A DNA stretch of 64,000 nucleotides from Dimorphilus gyrociliatus (taxonomy: Eukaryota; Animalia; Annelida). Both the position numbers and the translations under genes were made by a program. Location: assembly GCA_904063045.1 (NCBI GenBank), contig CAJFCJ010000014.1, forward strand, positions 1,671,643 through 1,735,642. Reading direction: 5' to 3'. The notes below the pieces were generated by a model. That model saw only the letters and a program-made list of their open reading frames with translations, made no database searches and was not told where the DNA came from. Numbering within the stretch: the first letter of the stretch is position 1; the number at the start of each line of letters is the position of its first letter. Shown here in pieces: positions 48,258 through 60,375 of the stretch.

Positions 48258-49952
48258 ATGTTGAGGAGGAGTACATCGAGGATTTTAATTCTCGGTGCAT
48301 TTTATGCCCTTTACCTTGTAATTGGTGCATCAGTTTTTTGCGCTATAGAAGGGCCGGATGAAAATAAGAGGAAACAAGAGTTGAAAGATATTAGAAAGAC
48401 ATTCCTAGAAGGACATACTTCTTGTATTACTGGTAAATATTCATATTTCATTTCAAATATATTTAAATATTCATCAAGTTCTGCTCTTCAATATAGTTAT
48501 GTGTATAAAATGTAAACGTTCTAAATAATCGATGTTCTTGTTCTAGCTATAGTATTAAAAAAAATAAGATATAGGCTAAGTATAGTTTTGAACACCTGTT
48601 CAACGATTTAATAAAATTTTCAGCGTAGAACAAACAGGCATTTGCCATGTTCGTGCCAAATCGCCTTAGAGAATTTCGACTTTTATTTCTTTTTATATTT
48701 ATGGTGTTTTATTTGATATTAGGAGCAATTACATTTAATTTACTTGAAGAAGAAAGATCAAGACAACTATTGGATAATGTTCAATCTATTCGTAACAGTT
48801 TCTTACTTAACCATTCAAGCTGTTTAAAGGGTACTCTTTTAAATAGATCTTTCAGGGCCTTCATTCCTTATTTAATTTTAATCACATTTAAAATAAGAGA
48901 AAATCAAACTTTAAGTTTGTAAAAAGAGATAACTTAAAATATATTACGTATTGATATTAAAGAATAAGACGTTGATTCGCACCAAGCAGATGGTGTGAAG
49001 TTAATGCATGATACGATGATACAATACTTTATTCTCTCATACTATCTTTTTTAGATGGAGAATTAGAGGCATTTATAGAGAAAATCGTTGAAGCACAAAA
49101 TCGTGGTGTCAGTGCTATAAAGAATGTGACAAGTGAATCTAATTGGAGTTTCGGGCAGTCATTGTTTTTTGCGGGTACCATTTTAACTACAATAGGTAAA
49201 TGACTGAAAAAATCAGAGATATTTACATAGAGGTTAATGATAAATATGCTATTATACAAAATAGGATACGGTCACGTAACTCCCCTTTCCGAAGGTGGTA
49301 AAGTTTTTTGCGTTGTTTACGCCTTGATCGGAATACCCTTAACTCTAATCCTCTTTACTGCCATCGTCGAGCGTCTCATGCTTTTAACAAATGCAATACT
49401 GTCTCTACTGGAGAAAAAACTCTCTCATATTTTGACTTATTTACAAGTCCGACTTCTTCATTTGGCTATTATTTTTACCTTCCTTCTAGTCTTTATTTTC
49501 ATCACGCCTGCTGTTATATTTACGTGCATCGAGAAACGGTGGAACTTTTTGGATTCTTTTTACTATTGTTTTATCTCTATGACCACCATTGGGTTAGGCG
49601 ACTACATTCCTGGAGATGATGTCAATCAACAAAACAGAGCCTTATATAAAATATTAACAACTGGTAAGGTATTACTTAGCGCGTTTGATCGAGCTATTTC
49701 AAACACTTTTCTCTATCATTTATTCATTAAACAGTCTATTTATTTATTGGATTGACTATCATGATGCTCACGTTGGCTACAATATATGAAATACCGGAAT
49801 TAAACATCGGTTCTCATTTCTACTTGAAATCGGATGCTGAGCACGAAACAGAAAAGCAAACGCTAAGAAAACCGACAAACAATTATAATGCGGCCGAGAC
49901 GGAACAATCTACATTCGGCGGGGCTAAAGATAATGAAGCTTTAACGGAATAA
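48258..49952 (+). CDS. KCNK1: TWIK-type two-pore-domain K+ channel (KCNK1/KCNK6-like), isoform with exon 1A
   Basis: join(48258..48432,49055..49195,49265..49663,49735..49952). M1 YLVIGASVFCAIE, cap Cys HTSC, [27 protein letters not shown], P2 YYCFISMTTIGLGDYIPG (the GLG filter is typical of TWIK). Confidence 0.92.
48647..48830 (+). CDS. Alternative first coding exon 1B of the K2P channel
   Basis: ATG at 48647; MFVPNRLREFRLLFLFIFMVFYLILGAITFNLLEEERSRQLLDNVQSIRNSFLLNHSSCLK, then a phase-1 GT donor at 48831. Paralogous to exon 1A and phase-compatible with exon 49055. Confidence 0.75.
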
Positions 49953-51065
49953 CTTTTTTTTTTCTTAACGTTGTCTGCTATTGCCGTAAGTCTGTCAAAT
50001 ATGTGAGACTGCATATCCCTAAGTCACAACTAGATCCTACTGTTTTCATTCCCTTTAGAGGCATTTAGTACACTAGTAGCATAACTAGCGTCTTAAATGT
50101 ATCATAAAAATTTACAGAGACTCTATTATATACGCTTTACATATGTCAACATATTATGTACCATATGAATATACTGTACATATACAGTATATCTAAGCAG
50201 AATAGAATGTACGTAATATGCTCATATAATATGCCTATATATATATATATATAGAGAAAATATATTTATATACTATAAAAAAAAACACGTGACCTAATTT
50301 TCTTTCGTACTCGCACACAATAGTCACTTCTGCATAATTTTCTCGAAATATGTATTTAGAAAGTCAGAGCTTGCTTTTTGTCACGCAACGTTCTTCAATG
50401 ATCTACTTCGACTTTGGCTGAATCGATTAGTATACTAATTATAAATTTAATTTGTCAGTAGTGCAGCATATTCTCAAACTATTTCAAATAAAGTTTGCTG
50501 TATGCTTATTGGTTTTGTTAGATTAACAATTTAAGATTACTATTAATACCGTCCTTGTACTTATGCTATTGAAATGGTAAGCTTAACAGTTCCTAGAAGA
50601 ATCTCTGCGAGAGAGACGTAATAAAATAGACGCGAATAAGAGTAGAAGGGTATTTCACACAACCCTTAAGCCAGTTTAAGTTGCCTTCATCATATGGAGT
50701 TTTATCGAACGGAAGCTGGCTGTATTTATAGATATAAATATTTTATATCACTAAATTGTTTATAAAATATTGTTTAAAGAGCTTTAAAAATAAAACAATG
50801 AATCAAATGTTACATAGGACGGAATGCGCAAACAATGTACTTAAAGCTTATTTTCATACTCATACATTCAGTTTTTCCCATTAAATAGAATGTAATGCGA
50901 TCTTTTGGAATTCGCTTTCTTTAATTTGTATACGACATACTCAAAGTAATAAACATGAATTAGTAATCCAAAATGGAGTCTTTTCTAATAAACTACGCTT
51001 TGATGAAGCTATAGGAAATCTTGGGTGTCAAATTTTTGTTATTTAAATTTCTTTCAGTTTATTAA

Positions 51066-53810
51066 TCATATCATCAAGGCGTCGTATTTCTCTAGAAGCC
51101 TTTGGGGGGAAAAAGATGATTAATAGAAATATTACAGTTTAATAAAAGAATGCGGTTGTGTTACTTGAAATCGCTTGCTTCAATTCTCCCTCGAAGAATA
51201 TTGGGACCCAAAAATTTTGCCAATTCCATCCAACAATGCCTTGCTGCATTTGAAGTCAGAGCGCTATCGCAATTCTGTATAAATTAAGCGAAATCCTTGG
51301 AGAATAAGCGTGATTTTGCTAGATTTTTTTTTACAAACCGCTGAATCGAAAAGGACAGGAAAAAATTGCTCCAAGTTAGGTTTGAATAGACGTTTACCTA
51401 ATCCCTTTGCAATATCTATTAGCTAATTGAGGAAAAGAAAGGATGAGAAAAATGTAAACATTATCAAATCATTTATCATTTTCTATTATACAAATTATGT
51501 TACCCTTTTACAGATTGTTTCCCACAATACAACGTGTTGAGTGTAGTGTGTATAACCAGCTGCTTTAACAATATTGGATAATAGATTTGCAGTTTCGGGA
51601 AGGAACTCCGACAATTTTGATAATTCAGCTACACAATGAACGCAACTAGGAAAATTAAATAAAATAAAATAATTAAAATGTTCGAAGGTGAAATATTTAA
51701 TCATTAATTTTTTTACCCATCAGTCATTTGCCACGGTTCTGGCGGTTTTCTAAATGTACTATTCATACAACCTCCAGATCTTTTACCCCTATGCATTTTC
51801 GGTGCAAGAGATCCACAAGAATACATTTGCTGGTTTGTATGTAAAGATTCATCATTATCTCTTGCTTTTTTGACAACTCCATACACGGCTGGTCCTTTGT
51901 CAATACCAGAATATTTATCAACATTTGCTGCTTGATTTTTGACGTTTTCTAACCCTTCTATGATTTTATTTACCACAATGTTGTAAGCTTCTCTCCCTGA
52001 GCGTAAAATGAACTTGTGTAAATCTTTCAATCAAATTCCTATTAAATAAATACCGTAAGCGTTGATAACGTTGAATAAAGCTATTGCAGCACCTTCTCTT
52101 ACTGATGCAATACTATCTTGTAAGTTTTCAAAGAAAAGAGGATATAATGAGGTCATCGAATCCCTTAAATATATAATTAAAAAATTACTTTTCACGACTT
52201 AAATAGATTAATCATTAAAAAATATAGAACCTAGCTTCGTCTGGGAAGCACTTAACGAAATTGCCACAGGCAACGCATGAAGCTGTTGGTAAGAATAAAA
52301 TATTTTTTGAAATATGCTACTAAAATTTTGCTTATATATATATATGGAAACTTAAAAAAAAATGTAACGAACCGTCTCTTACAGGCCAACTTTCGTCTTT
52401 GAAACAAATCAATAAAGTATCGAGTAAACGTTTAACAAAGGGTCTAACAACAGAAGCCTTTAATTTCAGTCCTAATTCGGCAATGCAAGCGCAAGCAGCT
52501 TCTCTAACGGCATGATTGTCAGCCTCAGATTGACATATATAAAATTCGACCTTAAAAAGAACACATAATAAGAATGAGTCAATAAACTGCTTCCTTTGTA
52601 AAATTTATAAAAATAAAAGATATTTAAATAGTATTTACCACTGAATCTATGAACTCTTCAACAAGTTCTTTACCTTTTTCCCCTGTTATTAATCGCCAAG
52701 TATCTTGATTATATATTCGGACACCTTCAGCGACGTAGTACCTTTTCAAGTAGAAAGTAAGTTTATTTCATTGAAATGACTTGTCAAACAAAAATCATAT
52801 ACCTGTTCAGGCATAATTGGGGTAGGAGAACGGGAAAGAATCTTTTCCGAATTTCATCAGCTGGTAAGCTTATAAGAAAACTTCTTGTTGCAGTTGATGC
52901 AGCCAAACGAACTTGACTCCAATTGTCAGCTAGGCCTTGGGAGAGATGTTTAGCAAAATCGTCACCATTCATCAAAATCTGATTGCGTTCCCCCAACTTT
53001 CCTGCTTCCGCCGCGTTACAGGCAACCAAAGAAGAGCAAACATAATATCCAGTCTCTCTTACAAAACGATTTGTGTGGGTCAAAGTTTTGAAAACAAGGG
53101 TTAATAGTTGTTCCGTTACAAAGTCATTAAAATTCTCTTTGCATCCTTCAATCATACTCTGCAAGCACTTCATCCATGTTTCTAGGGATTTCCAACCAGC
53201 GGTGTCGTGAAATATCTGACTTGCATTACTGGAACCGCTCTGAAAATCAGTTTAATTATTTTTTAAGTTTTAATAACAGGAATACCCTAAAGGTACTTAC
53301 TAAGGAAGAACTATCAGAATTACTACTCCCCTCGTCGCTTGATTGACTTCTAACCAATTTCTCTTGAAGCTTTTTTGTTTCTTCTTCTTTGACATCGAGG
53401 GCTTGCCTTTCAAGATTCATTTCAATTCCTTCAATAACATTTTGACAACATTCTTGATAAATTTTTACTCCAATTTTTCTACATAGTACACCCATAACTT
53501 CGCCCGCAGCAATTCGCACTCGAAATTCATCATCTTCTAATAAATTCAAGCTATATTCGTAAATTGATTGTTCAAAAGTTGCCGATACAATTGCCTTTCC
53601 GTGTGTTAAAATCGCTTTAGCACCCATTAATGCCCCATGCTTTGTTTCCCAAGGCGATTCTGAATCAATGAGAAAGCGTATTAGCTCATTTTCTAAAGGC
53701 ACCAACCCAGCTTCGTAAGTTTGATCGATGAACTTGTTTAGAGATTCGACACCACGGTCCCTTTCTAATTTGGCAGAACTACACAATAGAGAAATAGCAT
53801 CATCAGCCAT
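51066..53810 (-). CDS. Uncharacterised HEAT/ARM-repeat protein, 11 exons, about 679 aa
   Basis: Exons 53810-53301, 53239-52803, 52741-52639, 52550-52373, 52282-52231, 52163-52054, 51996-51717, 51645-51504, 51422-51339, 51274-51165, 51099-51066 (2040 nt, phases consistent). HEAT-like motifs: DDEFRVRIAAGE, HTNRFVRETG, DNWSQVRLAAS, ADNHAVREAAC, DESWPVRDAS, DSIASVREGAA. Confidence 0.9.
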
Positions 53811-55531
53811 TTTAACGATTGCGAAACGAATTCAACACAAGGCCTCGAATCGGTGGAATACGACGAAATATATATGCCGCTAAGAAAATATAAGTGTCAT
53901 TCAAATTCGGAATTTAGTAACACCCATCTTTTATTTTCTTTTTTTTTTAAATTAGGCATTTCTTCTAAACAGAGATAAAGTTACCTAAAATTCTCTTAAT
54001 GATTGAAAAATTAAAGGTTCTGAATAAAACATAAGAAGTATTTATACTTTTAATTTTAAAAGTAATTCAAAGTAATTTAAAATAGCCAAATATAATAAAT
54101 ATTTTTATAGTTGAGAGTTTTCCTAATTATCGCTCTACTCAAGGTCGATAGATTCTCTTTGTTTGTGTTATACCTATTCATTGACTCAATCATATGGCTT
54201 CTAGTATATTTAACGTAAGTATACAAAAAGTTTACTAAATTTTAACCATCTTTACGGGGTTTTAATAATGATAGTAAAATTATAATAAATATATATTATT
54301 TAATTACAACTAAGAATGAAAGTATAAATGAGTATTTTATTTATCCCAATCCATAAAGATTTATTATAGAAGGTTAAAACAAAACCATATTACGGGATTA
54401 ATTGATCCATCTAAAAGAAAAAGTTGTTTTTTATAGAAATAGTAAAAAAAAACAATTTTAATATAACTGTATTTAAGTATCTAAAATCGTTTTAAGAGTT
54501 ATCTATATTAGTCTATCCGATTATTTTTAATGTAAAATATTTTATTAACAATTAAAAAATGAATGTAGATTAGAGAGATAAAAAGCTTTTAACAATTTGT
54601 ACTCATATTATGTAATTATAATCTATAACAGAATTTAACAACAAATTCTAATCATCTACGCTCATATAAAGAAATAGTTATATCTAATTCATACATTATA
54701 TAAGATATTACAACTACTTTCATAAATAATATATACCGCACATTCCAATGCGCCTAAAAAAAGTATAATCAAAGTAAAAGATTCAAAAGAATCAGCCTTG
54801 AAAGTTGAATGGCTGATTGATTGTGAGTTAAGAGATTAAAAATTATTGATAGAGAAAATAATAATTGTATTAGCTTTTTTGTTTATCAACTAGTTTTTCT
54901 CTACTTCAAGGTTAACATTTAAACTAACTATTCTCCTTTCTTCATTCATTGAGAAAGAGATCTCCATACTTTTGTTCTTTTTTTGCAATGATAGAAACCT
55001 CTTGTTGTATTGGTATTTGTGGAATTTCATTCTAACAGAGCAGCTGAAGTAGATCGAAATGAATATATAATATTCAATATGTGCCCTAATTTTCTCCTTC
55101 CTCGATTATTTTACATTTGCTTTTTATTTTATTAACAAAACTAAACGTTTTTCTTATCGCTTAGATACTAAACTGTTTCTAATTTATCACCAAAATTTAT
55201 AATATAAAGAAAATATTACTTTTCCCCCATTTTCACAAAGGAAATTCAATTATTTATAATATAATTAGTTCACTATATTCCACTACTATAATGTTCTCTT
55301 CCTTACAACTAGCCGATTGGCGAGTACTCAATAGTATTATCTCCTAGAATCATAGTATCATAGTAAATGTAGGAGTACATTGTTTTCTCTGATCGTTTAA
55401 TCTGCAAGAAATCTAATTATCTTTTTTAATATTTTTATCGTTCTTTATCAAGGATTCTTAATCCAAAGAGATTTACTCTTTGGATCAACATTCTGAAAAC
55501 ATATCGTGTAAGAGAGTAAATTAACGAAAAC

Positions 55532-56854
55532 ATGAATTCAAAGAAGGATAAAGGTTATGCCTGGGTGATAGCGATTAATGGAATGGTATTGAATATGCTA
55601 TCAGTTCTGGGTTTAGCATCACAGAGTGTACTTATTATTTTTATTACGGAATCTTTGGGAGAGTCATACTCCAAAGTTTCTCTGATAACTAGTTTTTTAA
55701 ATATGTTTTTTGGAGCCGGCGGATTTTTGTTCGGATTTCTAGGGAAAAAGTTTAGCCCTAGATCAATCTTAATAGGGGGGTCTCTGTTATTATGCTCTTG
55801 TAGTGTTGTAACGTGTTTTGTGAGGAATATATATGTATATTACCTAACTCTTGGTGTTGGATCAGGTATTGGAGTTGCAAGCTTTGTTTATTGCGGAACG
55901 ATTACTATTGCCGAATGGTTTGACCGTTATAAAGCCATGGCTTTGTCGATATCAGCTGTAGGAGCTAGTGCTGGTTTTTTTATATGGACCCCAATCACAT
56001 CTATATTAGTTGATACTTTCGGGTGGAGAAGTACATATTTAATTATTGCTGGCATTTATCTTCAAGGCTGCTGCTTGGCTATGCTAATTAAAAAAGCTCC
56101 TCAAAATATGAATATTACCATCTGTAAAACAGATCATGTAAATCCAAGACTTTTTAATATTAAAATTTTTAAAAATCTTCCTTTAGTTCTATTTTATCTA
56201 AGTTTAACTTGTACTTATATTGGTCAAACCGTACCTTATTTCTGGATACCAACAAGAGCCGAAAGAAGTGGGATAGGTTTAAGAATGGGTACATTAATTG
56301 TATCAATTACTTCAGCCTCTTGTGGAATCTTTACTTTGATTGCTGGATTTCTTGGGGATAGACCATCGTTTAATCGTATCCTTGGATTTGGAATTAACTC
56401 GGGACTTACTGGCCTACTTTCAATCTTTTCTACATTAAGTCACTCCGTCATTATCCTAATGTCGTATGGTTTCTTATTTGGTTTAACTTCGGGTAATTTA
56501 TATTAGTATATACAACTATCTTCACTGTATCTTTTATATCAATCAATCTAAAAATTCTTGGAAAATCCTTAATGATCTTTTTCTTTTATAGGTTTTTATC
56601 AAGCTTTAAATATGACTGTCGTAACAGACCTTGTTCAATTAAATGATCTGCCCTGTGCTATTGGACTTGACGTATTTTGTATTGGATCAGCTCAATGTTT
56701 GTGTATACCGTTAGGAGCGATGCTATTTGACATCTCGGGATCATCCATGATTCCATTTATTGTAAAGGGTACTATACAGGGATTTTTTGGACCTCTCTTC
56801 GCAATACTGGCTTTAATAACTCATAGGAGACGTGGGATACAGTATAAATTATAA
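55532..56854 (+). CDS. SLC16 family (monocarboxylate transporter-like) MFS protein, 2 exons, 407 aa
   Basis: join(55532..56492,56592..56854) = 1224 nt. Motifs: DKGYAWVI, IAEWFDRYKAMALSI..GASAG, FGWRSTYLIIAG, GFLGDRP. Confidence 0.92.
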
Positions 56855-57331
56855 AAGAGTAATAACCATTCACCAAATAAATAATCTATTTTTTTTCTTT
56901 TAATTCAAACGGTAATTACTTTGCTACTTTACCATTTTTGATATTAACAATATCCAATCTAATAAAATATATGTATATACGAAAATTACTGTTAAGTGGT
57001 CAGTGTAAGTGACTTGAATTTCCGGTTCAAAATTTAGTAATTTTATAGAACAGAATCCATTAAAAAAACAAATGAAAAAGATAAAATAGCTTTTCTCTTT
57101 TTTTTTTCTTACAACATCCTTATTTTAACCAAAATGCTTTTACAGTAAAATTAATACGTTCCTCTATTATTTGAATGCGAAATGTTCATCCATTTCAACA
57201 ATTGGATAACTGTTTTTAGAATTCGGAATACAAATTCAAATCCTTAATATTGTACAAAGTGATACAGTGTCATTTCAACTGGCAATTTCTTTGGGTGTAG
57301 AAGAAAAACTGTAGCGTACGGTTTGATAAGA

Positions 57332-57376
57332 AGAGAGAGAGAGAAAGAGAGTGAAAGAGGGAGGGAGAGAGAGAGA
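57332..57376. repeat. GA-rich simple repeat
   Basis: Imperfect (GA)n between the convergent 3' ends of the SLC16 gene and ERp44. Confidence 0.8.
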
Positions 57377-58260
57377 AGACCTAAAAGGAAAGGTAATATC
57401 AATAATTACAAGTGGTTATAATCAATGATTGTATTCGTATAATTGTGTTCTAAAAATATCTAGAGCGAAAACTTGAAAGCGTAACGAATACGATGGAGGA
57501 TCTCAGTAATTTACTACCGATTAAACGATGCCTATCAAAACTCAATTCTAATTTTAACAATACAGAATACCTAATAAATATTCAGGAAAATTATCTAATC
57601 AGCATACTTTTATATTTAGCTTGGCTAAACATATTAGACGAAATATACAGCTAGCGATTTGCAGTATTCAAAAGACCGCAGTAAACGCCAAACAATATAT
57701 ATTGTAAAGGTTGTTTACAAGAAACGCAAACGAATTTATTCCTTTTATCGTTATTTGGTTACCTCTTTCTTTTTTAGTTTTATATCAATTGTTGGTTTAA
57801 ATAAGATTATCAACCATAATCCGTAGGAATGCAAAAATTAATGGTATGTAGGAAAGGATATACACATCAAAATAAGTAATATTTACGCGTGAACGTAATA
57901 TTATTTGACTAAACATACAATTTAAAGGTCAGTAGTGAGACTATGAATAAACCTAATATAATTTATCACTGATGGATTGAATATTATTTTTCAAGTAGAG
58001 TTTTTTTAAATAAACTGCCTTTGACATACATAGCTTAATACAAGAGCAGTAATAAAGTATAAGTTTCAAATAATATTTTCAGGCTATTATGTAACTAGCA
58101 TCATGAAAATAGAAACACTAAATGACAATGTAGCGGAATTTTAAGTACATAAATATGTTGTATGGTTGAAAGAACGAGTTTTCTCCTTTTTTCACACGTA
58201 ATTATTACACACTATGTTCAAATATTCTTAGATGAGCAAAGTCAAACGATTTTCAGATTC

Positions 58261-60375
58261 CTATAATTCATCCCTAATAATTGTATAACGATTTCTCGAT
58301 GGTGCAAGCTTTTTAAACGTTGATTCAGGAGGCGATGTTCTTCTCTTTGCATCTATTCCTTGAGGTTGCATATCTTGCTCCTTTGGTACATGAGCTGTCG
58401 CAGTATCACCATCTTCTGATTTTTGCTCCTCTTTTGGTTGATCTGGTTTTGGTGGTTCAGTGGGATCGGGTCCGTTATGAAATTCACGATGTAATTTACC
58501 AGAATGCAAATCAGCAATAAAATCTTTAAGCAATTGTCCATTTAGCATAGATTCTTTTAAATTTTTATGTGGAAATTCGTACATATGCCTAAATGAATCA
58601 ATAGCCAAAATTGGGAGATCTTTTTCCGACTTTCCCAAATGATGTAGTGGATGAGTAAACTTAAGTCCATCCGCTGTTAGGAAATTTACTGAAGCTTTTT
58701 CAGCGAGAAGGTTACTAGTGACTGTCTTGGCAAATACTTCTGGAGTTTCTTTGTCGTCAGGATGATAAAATAGAATAACAAAAGGAAGACCCTCTTCAGT
58801 AAGTTCTTCAGCATTTTCAAAAGTAATTTCGCGAACAACCGGAACACATTTATCGAGTGTCCAGTGCCAGAGAGATTGATAATCAGTTATAGAACCTAGA
58901 TTAATCGGAAGAATAGGCTTTCAAAATTTTTATATAAAATTGTATAAAACAAAGAGAATAATACCTGCATAGGGTATATCCGAATGAAAATCCTCATTTG
59001 GTCTATAAACAATTCTATTGCCAGCAGCTTTGTCTTTGGCAAATGTCTCTCCAGCAGCAACGTGAAATTGACATTCATCTCTGAGCATAGAAGCTACCTG
59101 TTTATCATAAACGTTCAGTAATTATCTCATGACGGACACTCTGCAAAAAAAAGAAGAAATTTCAGTATATAGACCTTGCTAAAACTGTCATAGTCATCTC
59201 CTTGAGCCTGTTCGAAGTAACCAATGACATGTCTCTTCTTTTTAGATTTATCCAAATTTTCTAAACTTTCTTGACTATCAGCGTAAGACTTCGGATCTTT
59301 TATCTGTTCTCTAATATATTCAATAATTTGATCATGCGACCGGCGACCGCGATATTCTCTTTTAGTCATTTCACCATAACGGAAAAGTTTAAGTGTAGGG
59401 TATTTAGAAACCCGATATTTTGCTGCTATTCCATCTGTCGGTAAAGAATACTAATAAAAAAGTAACCCAATAAAAATTGTCGATTTTTATGAGAACTTTA
59501 CATTACAATGAAAATGTAAGTAAATTTTTTTTAGATATTATTCGATATTTTAATTTATTTAAAATCCGTCTATTCATTCACAATGTATAATTAAAACGCT
59601 TACTCTCTCGGTCGCAATCAAGCTTTGCAAGTCGAACTTTCTTCTCATCCTATATGGAGCACAACAATAGTAATGGCATTCTTTGTTTTAAATAATTATT
59701 AACAAACCGGAAATTCTTTTCGAATACTATCTGCAGCTTTATCAAACTCTGGGGCTAAGATTTGACTAAATCGGCACCTATAATTTGTAATTAAAAGAAT
59801 TATATATTAAAGAAAATGATGACCTCCTTTTCAACTTACCAGTCAGCGTAAAAGTTGATTAGCACCACCTCAGTTTCCTCTGAAATTATATATTTTATTT
59901 AGACTGGTTGATTAGAAACCACATTTGATTTTGTATGACATTCACTCTTATAATATCGCCCAAAAAGAAACTTATTATTTACCAAGATGAGCAATCCTAT
60001 TACGGATTACAGGCCACTTTTCGATAAATTATTTAAATAACTAAAAATTTTATAGACAATATTAATTAAATAATTTATCCTACCGAGATCATAATGTTAA
60101 AAATGTAATTAATACAATATAAAAATACTCACGAAGTATCTTATCAACGTTCGATGAGGTGAGTTGATCAGCTTCGGCCTTAGAAAACTTCAAATGGGTG
60201 AGAGAAATCTGGAAATGTTACAATTGGTATAAAAAATTCTGTCGAGAATCAATAATTGTCCATTTTTTTAAAGCACAGCTCTACTGTTGATAACCGGCTG
60301 TTATTTACCTTTGATGATTAAACTAAGAATGTGACAACTTACCAAAACGAAACTCAAAACTATTCTATGATGCAT
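58261..60375 (-). CDS. ERP44: Endoplasmic reticulum resident protein 44, 8 exons, 430 aa
   Basis: Exons 60375-60343, 60208-60133, 59879-59840, 59777-59708, 59649-59604, 59434-59175, 59097-58965, 58895-58261 (1293 nt). Motifs: NFYADWCRFS, VSKYPTLKLFR, VREITFENAEELTEEGLPF, DLHSGKLHREFH, C-terminal RDEL. Confidence 0.97.

Noticed and set aside
49950-50010. K2P stop in a TAA-C context followed by a short hydrophobic open frame
   Set aside because: UAA is the least leaky stop, the extension is under 20 codons and T-run derived, and I saw no downstream structure.
54790-54818. 8-bp inverted repeat AATCAGCC...GGCTGATT between the HEAT and SLC16 genes
   Set aside because: Too short to exceed chance; no associated ncRNA features.
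59929-60022. H/ACA snoRNA-like layout in ERp44 intron 2 (hairpin, ANANNA, ACA)
   Set aside because: Only about 94 nt, the second hairpin is weak, and H/ACA boxes arise trivially in AT-rich DNA; an Rfam/snoReport hit would be needed.
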